A stretch of 64,000 nucleotides of DNA from positions 124,001-188,000 of the forward strand of contig NIVC01002165.1 in assembly GCA_002269645.1 (NCBI GenBank), written 5' to 3'. Source of the DNA: Macrostomum lignano. Taxonomy: Eukaryota. Made by a program: the position numbers and the translations under genes. The stretch's first letter is position 1; the number at the start of each line of letters is the position of its first letter. Below are positions 13,045 through 28,003 of this stretch, piece by piece. The notes below the pieces were generated by a model. That model had not been told where the DNA came from. It ran no database searches and saw only the letters and a list, made by a program, of their open reading frames with translations.

Positions 13045-14377
13045 ATAGTTCATGACAGCAATCAGTCATAGTTCATGACAGCAATCAGTCATAGTTCACG
13101 ACAGCAATCAGTCATAGTTCACGACAGCAATCAGTCATAGTTCACGAGAGTAATCAGTCATAGTTCATGAGAGCAATTAGTCATAGTTTACGAGAGCAAT
13201 CAGTCATAGTTCACGAGAGTAATCAGTCATAGTTCATGAGAGCAATCCGTCATAGTTCACGACAGCAATCAGTCATAGTTCACGAGAGCAATCAGTTATA
13301 GTTTACGAGAGAGCAATCAGTCATAGTTCACACTGACAATCAGTCATAGTTCACACTGACAATCAGTCATAGTTCACACTGACAATCAGTCATAGTTCAC
13401 ACTGACAATCAGTCATAGTTCACACTGACAATCAGTCATAGTTCACACTGACAATCAGTCATAGTTCACGAGAGTAATCAGTCATAGTTCACGAGAGCAA
13501 TCCGTCATAGTTCACGACAGCAATCAGTCATAGTTCATGAGAGTAATCAGTCATAGTTCACGAGAGCAATCAGTCATAGTTCACGAGAGTAATCAGTCAT
13601 AGTTCACGAGAGTAATCAGTCATAGTTCATGAGAGCAATCAGTCATAGTTTACGAGAGCAATCAGTCATAGTTCACGACAGCAATCAGTCATAGTTCATG
13701 AGAGCAATCAGTCATAGTTCACGAGAGTAATCAGTCATAGTTCATGAGAGCAATCAGTCATAGTTTACGAGAGCAATCAGTCATAGTTCATGAGAGCAAT
13801 CCGTCATAGTTCACGACAGCAATCAGTCATAGTTCACGAGAGCAATCAGTTATAGTTTACGAGAGAGCAATCAGTCATAGTTCACACTGACAATCAGTCA
13901 TAGTTCACACTGACAATCAGTCATAGTTCACACTGACAATCAGTCATAGTTCACACTGACAATCAGTCATAGTTCACACTGACAATCAGTCATAGTTCAC
14001 ACTGACAATCAGTCATAGTTCACACTGACAATCAGTCATAGTTCACACTGACAATCAGTCATAGTTCACACTGACAATCAGTCATAGTTCACACTGACAA
14101 TCAGTCATAGTTCACACTGACAATCAGTCATAGTTCACACTGACAATCAGTCATAGTTCACACTGACAATCAGTCATAGTTCACACTGACAATCAGTCAT
14201 AGTTCACACTGACAATCAGTCATAGTTCACACTGACAATCAGTCATAGTTCACACTGACAATCAGTCATAGTTCACACTGACAATCATTCATAGTTCACA
14301 CTGACAATCAGTCATAGTTCACACTGACAATCAGTCATAGTTCACACTGACAATAAGTCATAGTTCACACTGACATT
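13045..14377. repeat. 23-bp minisatellite (GACAATCAGTCATAGTTCACACT / GAGAGCAATC variants), ~58 copies, two subdomains
   Basis: Direct tandem periodicity; variable left part, homogeneous right part. Confidence 0.96.
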
Positions 14378-14919
14378 CTATGTTTTTCTCGGCTGTCTCA
14401 CAAATTCAGCGCCAGCAGCTGAAAGATTTGCATATTTTCCTGAGATTTTTGTTCTCAGTCTTCATTCTCATGCGAGTTGATACGGGGAACGAACTGGCTG
14501 GCTCGGCTCTCCAATGGGCAGTAATGAAGGCCGAGTCCCTAGGGGGGGAGGGGGGACTGCAACGGAGAGCCCGATTGCGCGTGGGGACTCCGGATTGGCG
14601 ATTCCCAATCAGGTTAGCGGCGGGCAGGTTGGGGGTTCGATTCCCCTGGGCGCCGGATCGCACAATCGCGCGATAGAAAAAAAAACGTTTAGAAGAAGAC
14701 AAGAAATGCGCGAGCTCGAAGATTTTCAGCTCTGTTATAAGCGGAAAATTCTGTGCTGCTGGGATTACAGGTGGTTGAGGTGTCTGATGCTATCAATAAT
14801 CTTAGTTGTCAGGCGAACAGTGGGTTGAAGGCAGAACTTAACCTTACAATAAACAAGTGGCGACAACACTAGCGACTTAATTGCTCGTAACGTTCATAGC
14901 AACAAAATTAGCGACACAT

Positions 14920-15290
14920 TAGCGAAACAATTACAGACACAATTACCGACACAACTGGCGACACAATTAGCGACACAATTAGCGACACAATCAGCGACAA
15001 AATTAGCGACACAATTAGCGACACAACTAGCGACTCAATTAGCGACTCAATTAGCGACACAATTACCGACATAAGTAGCGACACAACTAGCGACAAAATT
15101 AGCGACACAATTAGAGGCACAATTATAGACACAGTTAGCAACTTAATTAACGACCTAGTTTGTGAAAAATTAGAAATACAATTAGAAACAAACCAAACAA
15201 TTGAAACCATTTTTAGTATATGGGACGACACAATTAGCGACACAACTAACGACAAAATTAACGACATAATTGGCGACAAAATTAGAGACA
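14920..15290. repeat. Degenerate 12-bp minisatellite (GCGACACAATTA)
   Basis: 12-bp periodicity with a decayed centre. Confidence 0.85.
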
Positions 15291-18200
15291 CAAGTCAAGC
15301 TAAACACGCAGCCCCTAAACAGTCATAGTTTAAACACAGCACGTGAAAACAGTGCCCCATCGAGCGCCACGAATTTCTGTCAGATTTATTCAAGCCAATT
15401 AAAATCCAGTCACAGGAAAAATGGTTCATAGATTTAAGAGCTCGTCAGTTCTGAAAACTTTGCTTTGTTGAGTCAAGCGCGCACTTCTGCCATTCAGCCG
15501 CGCTTTCTTGTTGACACTGCAGCAAAATTTTGACAAATTCTACATCAAGAAAAGCTAGGCAGAGCAGACAGAATGTCTATCTAGACGACTTTCTGTTCTC
15601 AGGACGAGTTGAGAAGTCCGACATGCGAGCCTGAGCAATTTGGACCTGTTGCAGTTTTCGATTGGCAATTTGCGGGAAGATTCTCCCAGGGAATATCGGC
15701 AGCTGCGGCAGCTGAAGGTTTCGAGAGCCACCGGCCCCCCTGTGTCAACAGCCGGCCGGAGACAATGCATGGCGAAGATTTCTGGGGTTGAATGTCGCAC
15801 AGCAAAGTTTAGCTGGAGGAGGTCGGCGCAAGAGGGAGGCAGCGGCTGCACTTGCCTTCAATCACTCCTGAGCTCCCTCACTCCCTTGCACAGCGCAGAC
15901 TGGTGCAGACATGCAAACATATATCTCACCATGCAGATGTAGGCTATATTTTAACACCGGTAAGATGATGGATGTTCGATTCTGTAAGCGGTCAAATTTA
16001 TTTGGGGCTTGTGTGCACAAAAATTGGCCGGGAGGGGGTTGTCGTGCGATTCGCAGCCATGTACGACACAAACGTACAGTCGCCTAGATTTTCAGTAGTC
16101 TCCAAATGCCGTTTTGTCTGCAAAAAATGAGTCGATGTGGAGAAGATGTGAACGACGCGGAGATGCAACCATTATTGAGCTGTCCAATGCTAGAAACGGA
16201 ATAAAAAGTTTTCAACAAACTGCATGTAGGTTTTGACCTTGTACAGTCACTATTGCTCATCTCTATCTAGCCTAAGATACGAGTGTCAGCATCCCCTGTG
16301 AGCTTTGGCTCAAAGCATCACCTGAGCAACCCCCATAAGCCACCATTCTCACCATTCCAGCAATCCCAGCCATCAGAGGGAACCGCAGGTTTCCCTGACA
16401 TCCCTGCGTTATGAAAGAGACGCCGCACAACAAGTAGACAGGATGCACCCCCCGATGCGAGGGAAAAATCAAAGGGCTCTGGGTAGACGGCAAGAATTAC
16501 AGATCAGGCGCAGTTAGAGGATGACCGCTGCAGGTGGACAGAGAAAAAGTCCTCTCGAGTTCTCAACGGCCTCCTTCCCATCCTGTCCTGAGTAATGAGA
16601 GCCCTCGGAGATGTAATTGTCCCCAACTGCTGCCTCATTTTGTCCGCCCCTTCATTCGGAAATTGATGGGTTGGAGGTTTCGGGGTGACATCGGATGGAA
16701 CAGCAGCTGAAAAGGCTGACGGACGGCAGCCGCGAGTGAAAGTCGCAGTTTTTCAGGCGACCTTGCTGGATTTGGGAGCTGCAGTGCAGGTGAGGTGCGA
16801 CAAATTAATGATTAAATCTGCGGTCGATGCTGTAAATGCTGAGCATGATTTGCTACTAGAAACATTGTGTCCTCGCAGATGAAAATTTCTCTGAGATAAA
16901 CACGATGCGGGATTGTGGAAATCCAAAATTACGGTGAAAGGAACGCCTTCCAAAGCGCGCAGTGCCATGAACGCGCACTCTTGGTTAGAGCAAGAGCGTA
17001 CTGGACGTGTTGCATAACAAATGACAAGTGACAGGTCCATAATTCATCTATGGTCGTTCGATGCAAGTGGGCTGCTTGGTGCAATGCACGATAGTTTGAA
17101 AGGGGGTGTTCGTGAATGCTTTCTATATTTAGTTATCTTTCAACTAAAGCTTTCTCACTGCTTTCAGCCATTCACTTTTAACTTTGTTGAAAATGTTAGA
17201 TCTGAAGTTGAAAGTTCAAAAATATTCGGCCATGCAATCATTTGTTATCTGACGCGCTTATAACAGTGCAAACAGTGTATACACTGGAAGCCAGTCCCAA
17301 GCTGCTGCAACATTGCCTACCATACTGTAATGCAAGCAGACCCCGTAGACAAAGACCTTGAGCACACAGGGATCTTTTATGTTCCAACGAGAGCCCAAAA
17401 GCAGAACTACCGAGAGGCTTGGAGGATTTGAGGAAGATTTGCGGTGTCAGTCAGAAATCGGCATGAAAATCCCGTGCAACCTCTCGAGTTTTGCCCGGGC
17501 CGTGCCCCCCTTACCCACTTTTTTTGCTGAAGTTTTTCTATATCTGCTCCAGACCAGCGGCCGCGGACAAATTGCTGCCTCGTTCAGCCACTTCTGCGCA
17601 AGTCCCGCATTCCCCCTCTGCCAGTGTTGAGTCGGACAGCCGCCCCCCCCCCCTGTGCAACTCAACAACAACAGCAGCGGCAGCACCAGCCAGACAGGCT
17701 GCGGGGCTCTCGTCTCCTCCCCCAACCCCCACCCCTCGAGATCATCGGCAGGGGGGCGCTGAGGATCCCCCGGGGTTCAAAACTGAGTGAGAAGTAGTGA
17801 GGAGAGAGAGTGTGTGATTGTGTGATGCGTGTAGCAGTGGGTTTGCCTCCCCAGAGCCGCAATTAGCAGTGGGGAGTGGAGAAACGAAGCCTGGGAAAAC
17901 TCCGGCTCTGAACCCTAATCAGGGCGGAGGGTGAGGCGAGTAGAGAGAGAGCCAGCGTGAGCTGCTAACGATGTGCACCATGTGTTGCTTGCGACTCAGT
18001 TTATGTTGTGATTTGCTCCACCTCCCCCTGTGTCTCTCGCCCTGCCTCAGGGCCAGGAAGTCGCGATGGCCGGCAAATCCTCGCGTCTCCCCCCCCACAG
18101 ATTTCTAGCTAGACATGCTCGGCCCCTGCTCGGCACAACCCCCTAATTGCCTCGCGATACCTTCGGGCTGAATTTTTGCCGCCTCGGCGTCTGCGCCGCG

Positions 18201-18524
18201 CGCGCTTATGTCCAAAGCCATGCGCAATTGGGCAAATGCGCGTACTAGCTGCAACCCAGGCAGCAATTATTGGCACAGAAAATTTTCTACTAACCAAAAC
18301 CAAACTGTTTTTTTCTCTAATTCGGAACTCAAGCTCTCTTCATTATTTCCCAATAGGTTCGATAAACTTTTTATGCGGCATCGGACCCGCAGGGCTCGAT
18401 TCTAACAGTGTCTCTTTATCCTTAGTTGATTGCTTGTCTAACTTGTTCGTCCGTTAAGCATTTACATTGCCCCAAGCATGCTCTGTGGGTGTCTAAGTGA
18501 GGAGAGAAAGACGGCAAACCACGG

Positions 18525-19830
18525 AAATGAAGGGGTGCAACCAAGGAATGAAGGGGTGCAATCAGGGAATGAAGGGGTGCAATCAGGGAATGAAGGGGTG
18601 CAATCAGGGAATGAAGGGGTGCAATCAGGGAATGAAGGGGTGCAATCAGGGAATGAAGGGGTGCAATCAGGGAATGAAAGGGTGCAATCAGGGAATGAAG
18701 GGGTGCAATCAGGGAATGAAGGGGTGCAATCAGGGAATGAAGGGGTGCAATCAGGGAATGAAGGGGTGCAATCAGGGAATGAAGGGGTGCAATCAGGAAA
18801 TGAAGGGGTGCAATCAGGGAATGAAGGGTTGCGTGCAACAAGGGAATAAAGGGATGCGTGCAATCAGGGAATGAAGGGGTGCAACCAAGGAGTGAAGGGG
18901 TGCAGCTAAGGAGTGAAGGGGTGCAACCAAGGAGTGAAGGGGTGCAGCTAAGGAGTGAAGGGGTGCAACCAAGGAGTGAAGGGGTGCAGCCAAGGAATGG
19001 AGGGGTGCAATCAGGGAATGAACAGTGAGGAAGGGGTGCAATCAGGGAATGAAGGGGTGCAACCAAGGAATGAAGGGGTGCAATCAGGGAAATAAATGGG
19101 TGCAACCAAGGAATGAAGGGGTGCAACCAAGTAATGAAGGGGTGCAACCAAGTAATGAAGGGGTGCAATCAGGGAATGAAGGGGTGCAACCAAGGAATGA
19201 AGGGGTGCGTGCAACAAGGGAATAAAGGGATGCGTGCAATTAGGGAATGAAGGGGTGGCAACCAAGGGAATAAAGGGATGCGTGCAATCAGGGAATGAAG
19301 GGGTGGCAACCAAGGGATGAAGGGGTGCAACCAAGGAATGAAGCTAGGGGTGCAACCAAGGAGTGAAGGGGTGCAACCAAGGAATGAAGCTAGGGGTGCA
19401 ACCAAGGAGTGAAGGGGTGCAGCCAAGGAATGAAGGGGTGCAACCAAGGAGTGAAGGTGTGCAGCCAAGGAATGGAGGGGTGCAATCAGGGAATGAACAG
19501 TGAGGAAGGGGTGCAATCAGGGAATGAAGGGGTGCAACCAAGGAATGAAGGGGTGCAATCAGGGAATGAAGGGGTGCAACCAAGGAATGAAGGGGTGCAA
19601 TCAGGGAATGAAGGGGTGCAACCAAGGAATGAAGGGGTGCAATCAGGGAATGAAGGGGTGCAACCAAGGAATGAAGGGGTGCAATCAGGGAATGAAGGGG
19701 TGCAACCAAGGAATGAAGGGGTGCAATCAGGAAATGAAGTGGTGCAACCAAGGAATGAAGGGGTGCAACCAGGGAATGAAGGGGTCAACAAAGGAATAAA
19801 GGGATGCGTGCAATCAGGGAATGAAGTGGT
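18525..19830. repeat. 21-bp G-rich minisatellite (GCAATCAGGGAATGAAGGGGT / GCAACCAAGG variants)
   Basis: Direct tandem periodicity (NEGVQSG repeat ORFs). Confidence 0.95.
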
Positions 19831-22800
19831 GAACGACCTGTGTGACTCCCAGACCTGTGTGATCCCGCAGACCTGCGTGGTATAGCTGCAGGGTGGTCTG
19901 CGACACAGCGGGAGGCAAGCTAGGGGTCGCCCATTCCGCTAACGTACATGTACCCCTATGTGGCATACTAAAGCCAATTCTGGTGACGCCCTATGAAATC
20001 AAGTTGAAACCCTTGCATGAATAAATCTGCCACGGATATGCATTATACGCTCGTATATGCGGACCGCAGAAACCGCAGTTGGTTATTTTCGAATCTCACT
20101 GTTCTCTGTAAAGCGGAAATATGCAGCACGAGATTGAAGCAGCTGATTCCGATTGCACGCTGCTGCCTGTAGTCCATGCATAGAAAATCTTGTTTCCAAC
20201 ATGCTCGCGCTTTTCCACAATTCAATCAGTTTGTCTGCTCTTGTCTCCCGCTTTGCAAAACAACTCTTAGGCTTTTCGTGCATCTTTCGACCGTACATTC
20301 ACAGAGTGTTAAAAATAATATGAATCAGTCAACAAAGGTATCGAGGCGTTTGCGAGAGATGAGATGTTAGCAGTTTGGTTAGGTTTCTTTAGTGCGATTT
20401 TCCTTGGAAAAGAATGATCGAAATATTTTGCTGAATGGAAAAGGTGGCTACTTCTGCAGAGACTAGATGCAAGGCATGATGCGAATCATAAGAGGGAAGT
20501 TTCAGTACAGTGAATGATAAGGAGGCTGTGACCATGCCCAGGGCCGTGTTTGTTTTAATTAAAAGTATATACGTGCAGTGCTCGCAATTTTTTTCCCTAA
20601 ATTGCAATTCCCGCTGAAAAATTTTTCCGGTTATTTCGCATATAAAAGTCAAGGAAAGGAAACTTTTTTAGATAAACGTGAAGCGAATTTTTGTTTTAAT
20701 GGGAGATAATTTTCCGTTGATGATTAGATTATCTCTTTAGTGAAGCCAAAAACAAGCATGTACTAATTAGACAGTAAAACATTGAGATTTTTGAGTTGAA
20801 GACAGAAGTGATGATGATATTATTGTCCTTATTCACACAGCATGAATGGTCCAAAGAAGTCAACGGTTTTAAAAGCTGGAGATACATCTAAGTTAAACAA
20901 AATAGTTCTTTGTTGAATGACAAAATAACATGCAGGTTATTTTAGAACTTAGCTAGTTTTGGAATAAAACTTTTAAAACTAGAATATTTTAAAATCCAAA
21001 TTGTTTTAAAAACCGTGATAATTAATACGTTTTTGCTTTTTCTAAGACACTGGTACTGTATGGTGGATTGCAGTAAAGATGCATGGCCACGTAAGGCATT
21101 ATCGTGCCCACTAATTTTTTCGATGAATACACTCTAGAAACTGATACGGATACTGATACACTCTAGAAAAAATATTTAAGCAATAATCATTCACCAATTT
21201 CAATTATTTCGCATTTAGTTATGTTTATAATAACTGTTTTATTGTTCACATCAGCCAAGTTTAGAAGTTTGAGCGCTTGTGCTGTTTCTTTTCCCCCTTT
21301 TTTTTCCTAGCCAAGTTTCCTCAGTTTTTTAGACATATATTCAGTTATATTTTTTGTGCACAAGATGTTTTAAAGGAAACTGGAAGACAATTATATTATA
21401 TATTGAAAGGTTGAAAGGAAATTATAAAACAATTTAGCTAATTTTGCTCAAATTTTCTACCCATTTTTTCTGCTTTAAGTTTAATTTAAGTTAGTCAATT
21501 GTAAAAAAAATTAAAAACATCTTATACCAACATCAAAAGCATGCTAAACATTAAAAATAAAGTAACTAGTATATAGTCTGCTTCTGTTCAGTATGTGAAA
21601 ACTTTAGGCTTATGCATTATGAAATCAGTTGTAATTAATATATCCATACATTTTTCCTATTGTTGCAACTATGCTTGTTTAGCTTGTAGGTATAGAAAAT
21701 TACACCAGTTTTGTAGCTTACAATTGGAATATTAAGATGAACAAATGTATTAAAAAAAATAAATCCAAGTATACTAAATCTAAGGTTTACATGTTTGTCC
21801 ATAACGCTCTAGAGATTGCGATTCTTGACCTATTGTGATCACGTTTTCGCCAAATAATAAACTAAATTTGGCTAGTTGATCTTACTTTTTAGTAGAAATT
21901 TAATCCCTTTAGCATTTAGCAATTTCTTAGCCATGTTGCATGTACCATCACGGAAATTTTTTTGATTGAACAGTGCAAGTTTGAAGAAAATTGGTTGAGC
22001 TGTTTTTTATAAAATTGATCGCATACCAATAGATAGATACCAACAGACCATTTTTAGTATATGGAAATGTAATATTAAAGGGCTAAATTTTTTATGAACA
22101 TTGAATTTAAGAAAAATAAAGTAAAAGAAATTTCTAAGTAATAAAATAAAATTATAAAATGGCCTAATTTCCTATTACTAGTTATTATATCTTTGTCTTT
22201 GCTAAAATTGATAGATATTTCATTTTTAGTGATAGTTTGTTTGAATTTTTTGTATTTCTACAAATTTATTAGGCTATTTATTTTTATAAAAATATTTATA
22301 AAAAGAAAAAAGTTATATTTAAAAAATTATCTTCAAAACTTTAGCTTTTTCTTAAAATCTAAAAAGCATTCATAAGGAGCAAATCAACCAAGGTTCAAAA
22401 ATGTGCATTTTTTAAATATAGCAATAGCTAATGCTGCAAATAGTTATTCAAAATTATGATATGAATAAGGACAATAATTCAATATAATTTGTGGCTAATC
22501 ACATTCATAATGCCAATTGAATATAGCATCATATACCTTTTTTAAGAGATTAAAGAAATGCAACTAAAGTGAGTTCAATTTGATATGATTTTGCATCAAC
22601 TCTTGTCCTTTAATTTTTTTCTGTATCTGTATTGACAATTATATTCTTATTACACTTGAAATTAATGAAAATGCCATTTCTAAGTTGAAAATTGCCATGT
22701 GGCATCTTAGCTTTTTGTTGAGAGCCTTTATCCCTGCCTCCCTTCCCTGTCAGAGCTCAAATAAATTAGAGCAGTTATCATTAAAATAGCTTTAGATATT

Positions 22801-23074
22801 TAAAAACATTGGCCAAGCCTAGCTTTCAGTGTGCACTGCTCGATTCAAATTAATTTGTCTAACAGAAACTGTGACAGTTTCTTGAATTAAATATTCTCTT
22901 CCATTTTTTGCTACTTTACTATTAAGTAGGGCGATTCTATGTTGCCTTCTCTACTCTCACTGTGTCTGCGTGTGCTTCTATAACGAATATGCGCTACTAA
23001 AATAGCAAATATTATCAGCATTGACCTGTTTGCAATCTCAAGTCTACCCCTTCTGCGCACATATTGACTGCCAG

Positions 23075-23314
23075 GTAAGAGAGGGAGGGCACAGTGAGAT
23101 CCTTTATCAGCTGTAGGGCGTGCTTGACCCCTCCTCTCCTCTCTCTTCGCTCGTCCCTGCAGCCCTGGGTTGCATTTAATGTTAAGCGAATGCTCAGTGA
23201 GTCACAGAGATCAACAAGCCGGTTTTTTTGTGACTGTTTCTAAATAACTCCCGGTTTTTTTTCGCGAATTTGCTTCTTCTGAATCAATCAGTCAAAATTA
23301 ATTATTTTTTGCAG
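23075..23314 (+). other. Putative 5'-UTR intron of LYST (or a trans-splice acceptor at 23314)
   Basis: Strong donor CAG|GTAAGA at 23075 and acceptor ATTATTTTTTGCAG| at 23314, 168 nt upstream of the proposed ATG. Not supported by transcript data. Confidence 0.35.
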
Positions 23315-23481
23315 AGAATCTAAACCAGACACTGTATAAATATTTGAAGTTTGAAGCAAGTTTGAATCACGCTTAAAAACCTGTGAGCACAGCGGCCAAA
23401 GTGATGCCGCAAGATTTCTGTCGCCAAAATTCAACTTAACGTTCCTTCCTGCGGCACTTATAATAGCTGAGGGAATTCGGC

Positions 23482-23547
23482 ATGGACGATGACGCGCACG
23501 GTCTCCGCGTTTTTTGGGATCATTATCTCAAGGCGAGAATGAGCCAG
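23482..23547 (+). CDS. LYST: LYST coding exon 1 (MDDDAHGLRVFWDHYLKARMSQ)
   Basis: ATG at 23482; phase-0 donor CAG|GCGAGT (or CCG|GTGACC at 23560). Joins exon 2 in frame to give LRVFWDHYLKARMSQ-KPVYLNKFLRLF, resembling the recalled N-terminus of invertebrate LYST (L..LW..F....K..WL..FL). Confidence 0.65.
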
Positions 23548-23592
23548 GCGAGTGCACCGGTGACCTGATGAGTCTGTGTCTTTTTATTAGAT

Positions 23593-25066
<1,474 letters not shown>

Positions 25067-25151
25067 TAATATGTTAGTAAAGCGCATGACTCTGGTACCT
25101 CTCAACCCGGAGTCCAAGCTTTTAATCAATAATACTGTCCTAAACTTTCAG

Positions 25152-25397
25152 AAGCCCGTCTACCTGAACAAATTTCTTCGCCTATTCTTCGACCTGAGCT
25201 ACAGGCACCAGCAGCCGGTCCTGTCGCTGAAGGACACCCGCAGTAGCGTCGCCCTGCTTATCAGAGAATTCATTGCCGACATCAACGCCTGCTGCAAGTA
25301 CGGCAAAGATGATCAGGACATTGAGCCTCTGTGCAGCTACCTGCTTTGCGACAGGGGCTGGCTCATCCTGTACGCCCTCAGCCGGCTTCAGGTTGCG
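25152..25397 (+). CDS. LYST: LYST exon 2
   Basis: Acceptor TTTCAG|AAG, donor GCG|GTAAGC. SVALLIREFIADINACC...LCSYLLCDRGWLILYAL matches recalled human LYST SLAREFLTDVNRLC...LGQYLVHGRGFLLLTKL. Confidence 0.9.
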
Positions 25398-25417
25398 GTA
25401 AGCTCTGGGGACCGCAG

Positions 25418-26150
25418 CCCAGTCAGAACTGATTCAGGCCACAGTCAGAACTGGTTCAGTCCACAGTCAGAACTGGTTCAGGCCACAGTCAGAACTGATT
25501 CAGGCCACAGTCAGAACTGGTTCAGGCCACAGTCAGAACTGGTTCAGGCCACAGTCAGAACTGATTCAGGCCACAGTCAGAACTGGTTCAGGCCACAGTC
25601 AGAACTGATTCAGGCCACAGTCAGAACTGATTCAGTCCACAGTCAGGACTGGTTCAGTCCACAGTCAGAACTGGTTCAGTCCACAGTCAGAACTGGTTCA
25701 GGCCACAATCAGAACTGATTCAGGCCACAGTCAGAACTGATTCAGGCCACAGCCAGAACTGGTTCAGGCCGCAGTCAGAACTGATTCAGGCCACAGTCAG
25801 AACTGATTCAGGCCACAGTCAGAACTGGTTCAGGCAACAGTCAGAACTGGTTCAGTCCACAGTCAGAACTGATTCAGGCCACAGTCAGAACTGGTTCAGG
25901 CCACAGTCAGAACTGGTTCAGGCCACAGTCAGAACTGGTTCAGGCCACAGTCAGAACTGGTTCAGTCCACAGTCAGAACTGATTCAGTCCACAGTCAGAA
26001 CTGGTTCAGGCCACAGTCAGAACTGGTTCAGTCCACAGTCAGAACTGGTTCAGGCCACAGTCAGAACTGGTTCAGTCCACAGTCAGAACTGGTTCAGGCC
26101 ACAGTCAGAACTGGTTCAGTCCACAGTCAGAACTGATTCAGGCCACAATC
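25418..26150. repeat. 22-bp minisatellite (ACAGTCAGAACTGGTTCAGGCC), intron 2
   Basis: Direct tandem periodicity. Confidence 0.96.
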
Positions 26151-26202
26151 AGTTAACCTCATAATTCTTGTCTGCATCTGATCAATTTTATTTTCATTTA
26201 AG

Positions 26203-26290
26203 GACGCGTCCGATTGCTTTGACTTTGCGAGCATTCTGGTGTCAATCTTCAAGATGATGGGCGATTATAAAGAGACTTTCAAGTCTAGCG
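26203..26290 (+). CDS. LYST: LYST exon 3 (DASDCFDFASILVSIFKMMGDYKETFKSS)
   Basis: Acceptor TTTAAG|, donor G|GTGAGT; phase 0 to 1, consistent with neighbours. Confidence 0.8.
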
Positions 26291-26400
26291 GTGAGTGAAA
26301 AATTTATCGCCTATGGGTGCTTAAAAATTGTCTCAAAATCGCCCTAGAGAACAGACCAAGCCACTCTGATCGCATTTCTAATATGCCACCTTCTTAACAG

Positions 26401-26997
26401 AGGATGTTAGCCTGGCACTGCCCGAGCTCGAATCCTGCTTCGGCAACTCCCGGCCGCCAACCGACCTGGGCGGTCGCAGCTTTCGCGGCCAGCGCGGCCG
26501 GACCAGAAAGTGGCGCTCGGCCAATGCTGCAGCCGCCGCAGCAGCCGCCACCGCCGACTCCGCGGCAGCTGCAGCAGCAGCGCCGGCCGCCGCAGCCGCC
26601 GCCTCGGCCGCGGGATCGGGCGCGTCAGCTGACTCTGGCATCAATCCCCGGCACTCGGCGGGCCTGACAGCTTCGGCATCGGCTGCGGGCTTGTCGCGAC
26701 TTCGACGGCCAGCCAGCGCCGCCGCGTTGGCGAGTAGCAGCGACTCGGACGCCGGGCCCGACTTAACCTCCACTTATCGACAAGCCGCGGGCGCCACCGT
26801 CGACTCTGCCGCGGCCGACAATTTTGTTGGCGGAATTCGCGGCTCGAATCGGCGCGGCCTGCTGCAGAACGAGGCCGTGACCTTCGATATCCGGCTGTCG
26901 GATCAGGAGGGCGACGTCGATCTCTCTGGCGACAATTCTGCCGCCGTTGCCGCCGCCGCCGCCGCCGCTGCAGAGGCTGATGAAGGCGCCTCGAACG
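26401..26997 (+). CDS. LYST: LYST exon 4 (Ala/Ser-rich, low complexity)
   Basis: Acceptor TTAACAG|, donor G|GTGAGA; open frame; phase 1 to 1. Confidence 0.8.
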
Positions 26998-27007
26998 GTG
27001 AGACTGC

Positions 27008-27888
27008 ATGGGGTTAGATTTGGGTGGGTTAGATTGGGATGGGTTAGATTGGGATGGGTTAGATTGGGGTGGTTTTGATTGGGATGAGTTAGATTGGAAT
27101 GGGTTAGATTGGGATGGGTTAGATTGGGATGGGGTTAGATTGGGATGGGTTAGATTGGGAGGGGTTAGATTGGGAGGGGTTAGATTGGGATGGGTTTGAT
27201 TGGGATGGGTTAGATTGGGAGGGGTTAGATTGGGGCGGGTTAGATTGGGATGGGTTTGATTGGGATGGGTTAGATTGGAATGGGTTAGATTGGGATGGGG
27301 TTAGATTGGGAGGGGTTAGATTGGAATGGGTTAGATTGGGATTTGGTTAGATTGGGATGAGGTAGATTGGGGCGGGTTAGATTTGGGTGGGTTAGATTGG
27401 GGTGGGTTTGATTGGGATGGGTTAGATTGGGGCGGGTTAGATTGGGGTGGGTTAGATTGGGGTGGGTTAGATTGGGGTGGGTTAGATTGGGAGGGGTTGG
27501 ATTGGGAGGGGTTGGATTGGGAGGGGTTGGATTGGGATGGGGTTTGATTGGGATTTGGTTAGATTGGGAGGGGTTAGATTGGGAGGGGTTGGATTGGGAG
27601 GGGTTAGATTGGGATGGGGTTAGATTGGGATTTGGTTAGATTGGGATGGGTTAGATTGTGAGGGGTTAGATTGGGAGGGGTTAGATTGGGAGGGGTTGGA
27701 TTGGGAGGGGTTGGATTGGGAGGGGTTAGATTGGGATTTGGTTAGATTGGGATGAGGTAGATTGGGGCGGGTTAGATTTGGGTGGGTTTGATTGGGATGG
27801 GTTAGATTGGGGCGGGTTAGATTGGGGTGGGTTAGATAGGGGTGGGTTAGATAGGGGTGGGTTAGATTGGGGTGGGTTGGATTGGGAT
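27008..27888. repeat. 15-bp G-rich minisatellite (GGGTTAGATTGGGAT/G), intron 4
   Basis: Direct tandem periodicity; two GGG runs per unit. Confidence 0.96.
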
Positions 27889-28003
27889 GCGGTGAGGCTG
27901 CGATAGGGAGACTGGAGCGTGATGAGACTGGCTGGGATGGGGTGAGACACTGGAATTGAAGACTGTGTGAGCAGTGCAAAAGCAATCCCACGCCACACCA
28001 CAG

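Noticed and set aside
14595-14660. B-box-like GGTTCGATTCCC
   Set aside because: No matching A box or cloverleaf, so it is not a supportable tRNA or SINE.
25071-25151. ATG at 25071 as the LYST start
   Set aside because: It lies at the edge of the (TTAG)n tract; a good acceptor at 25151 and an upstream in-frame exon explain the N-terminus better.
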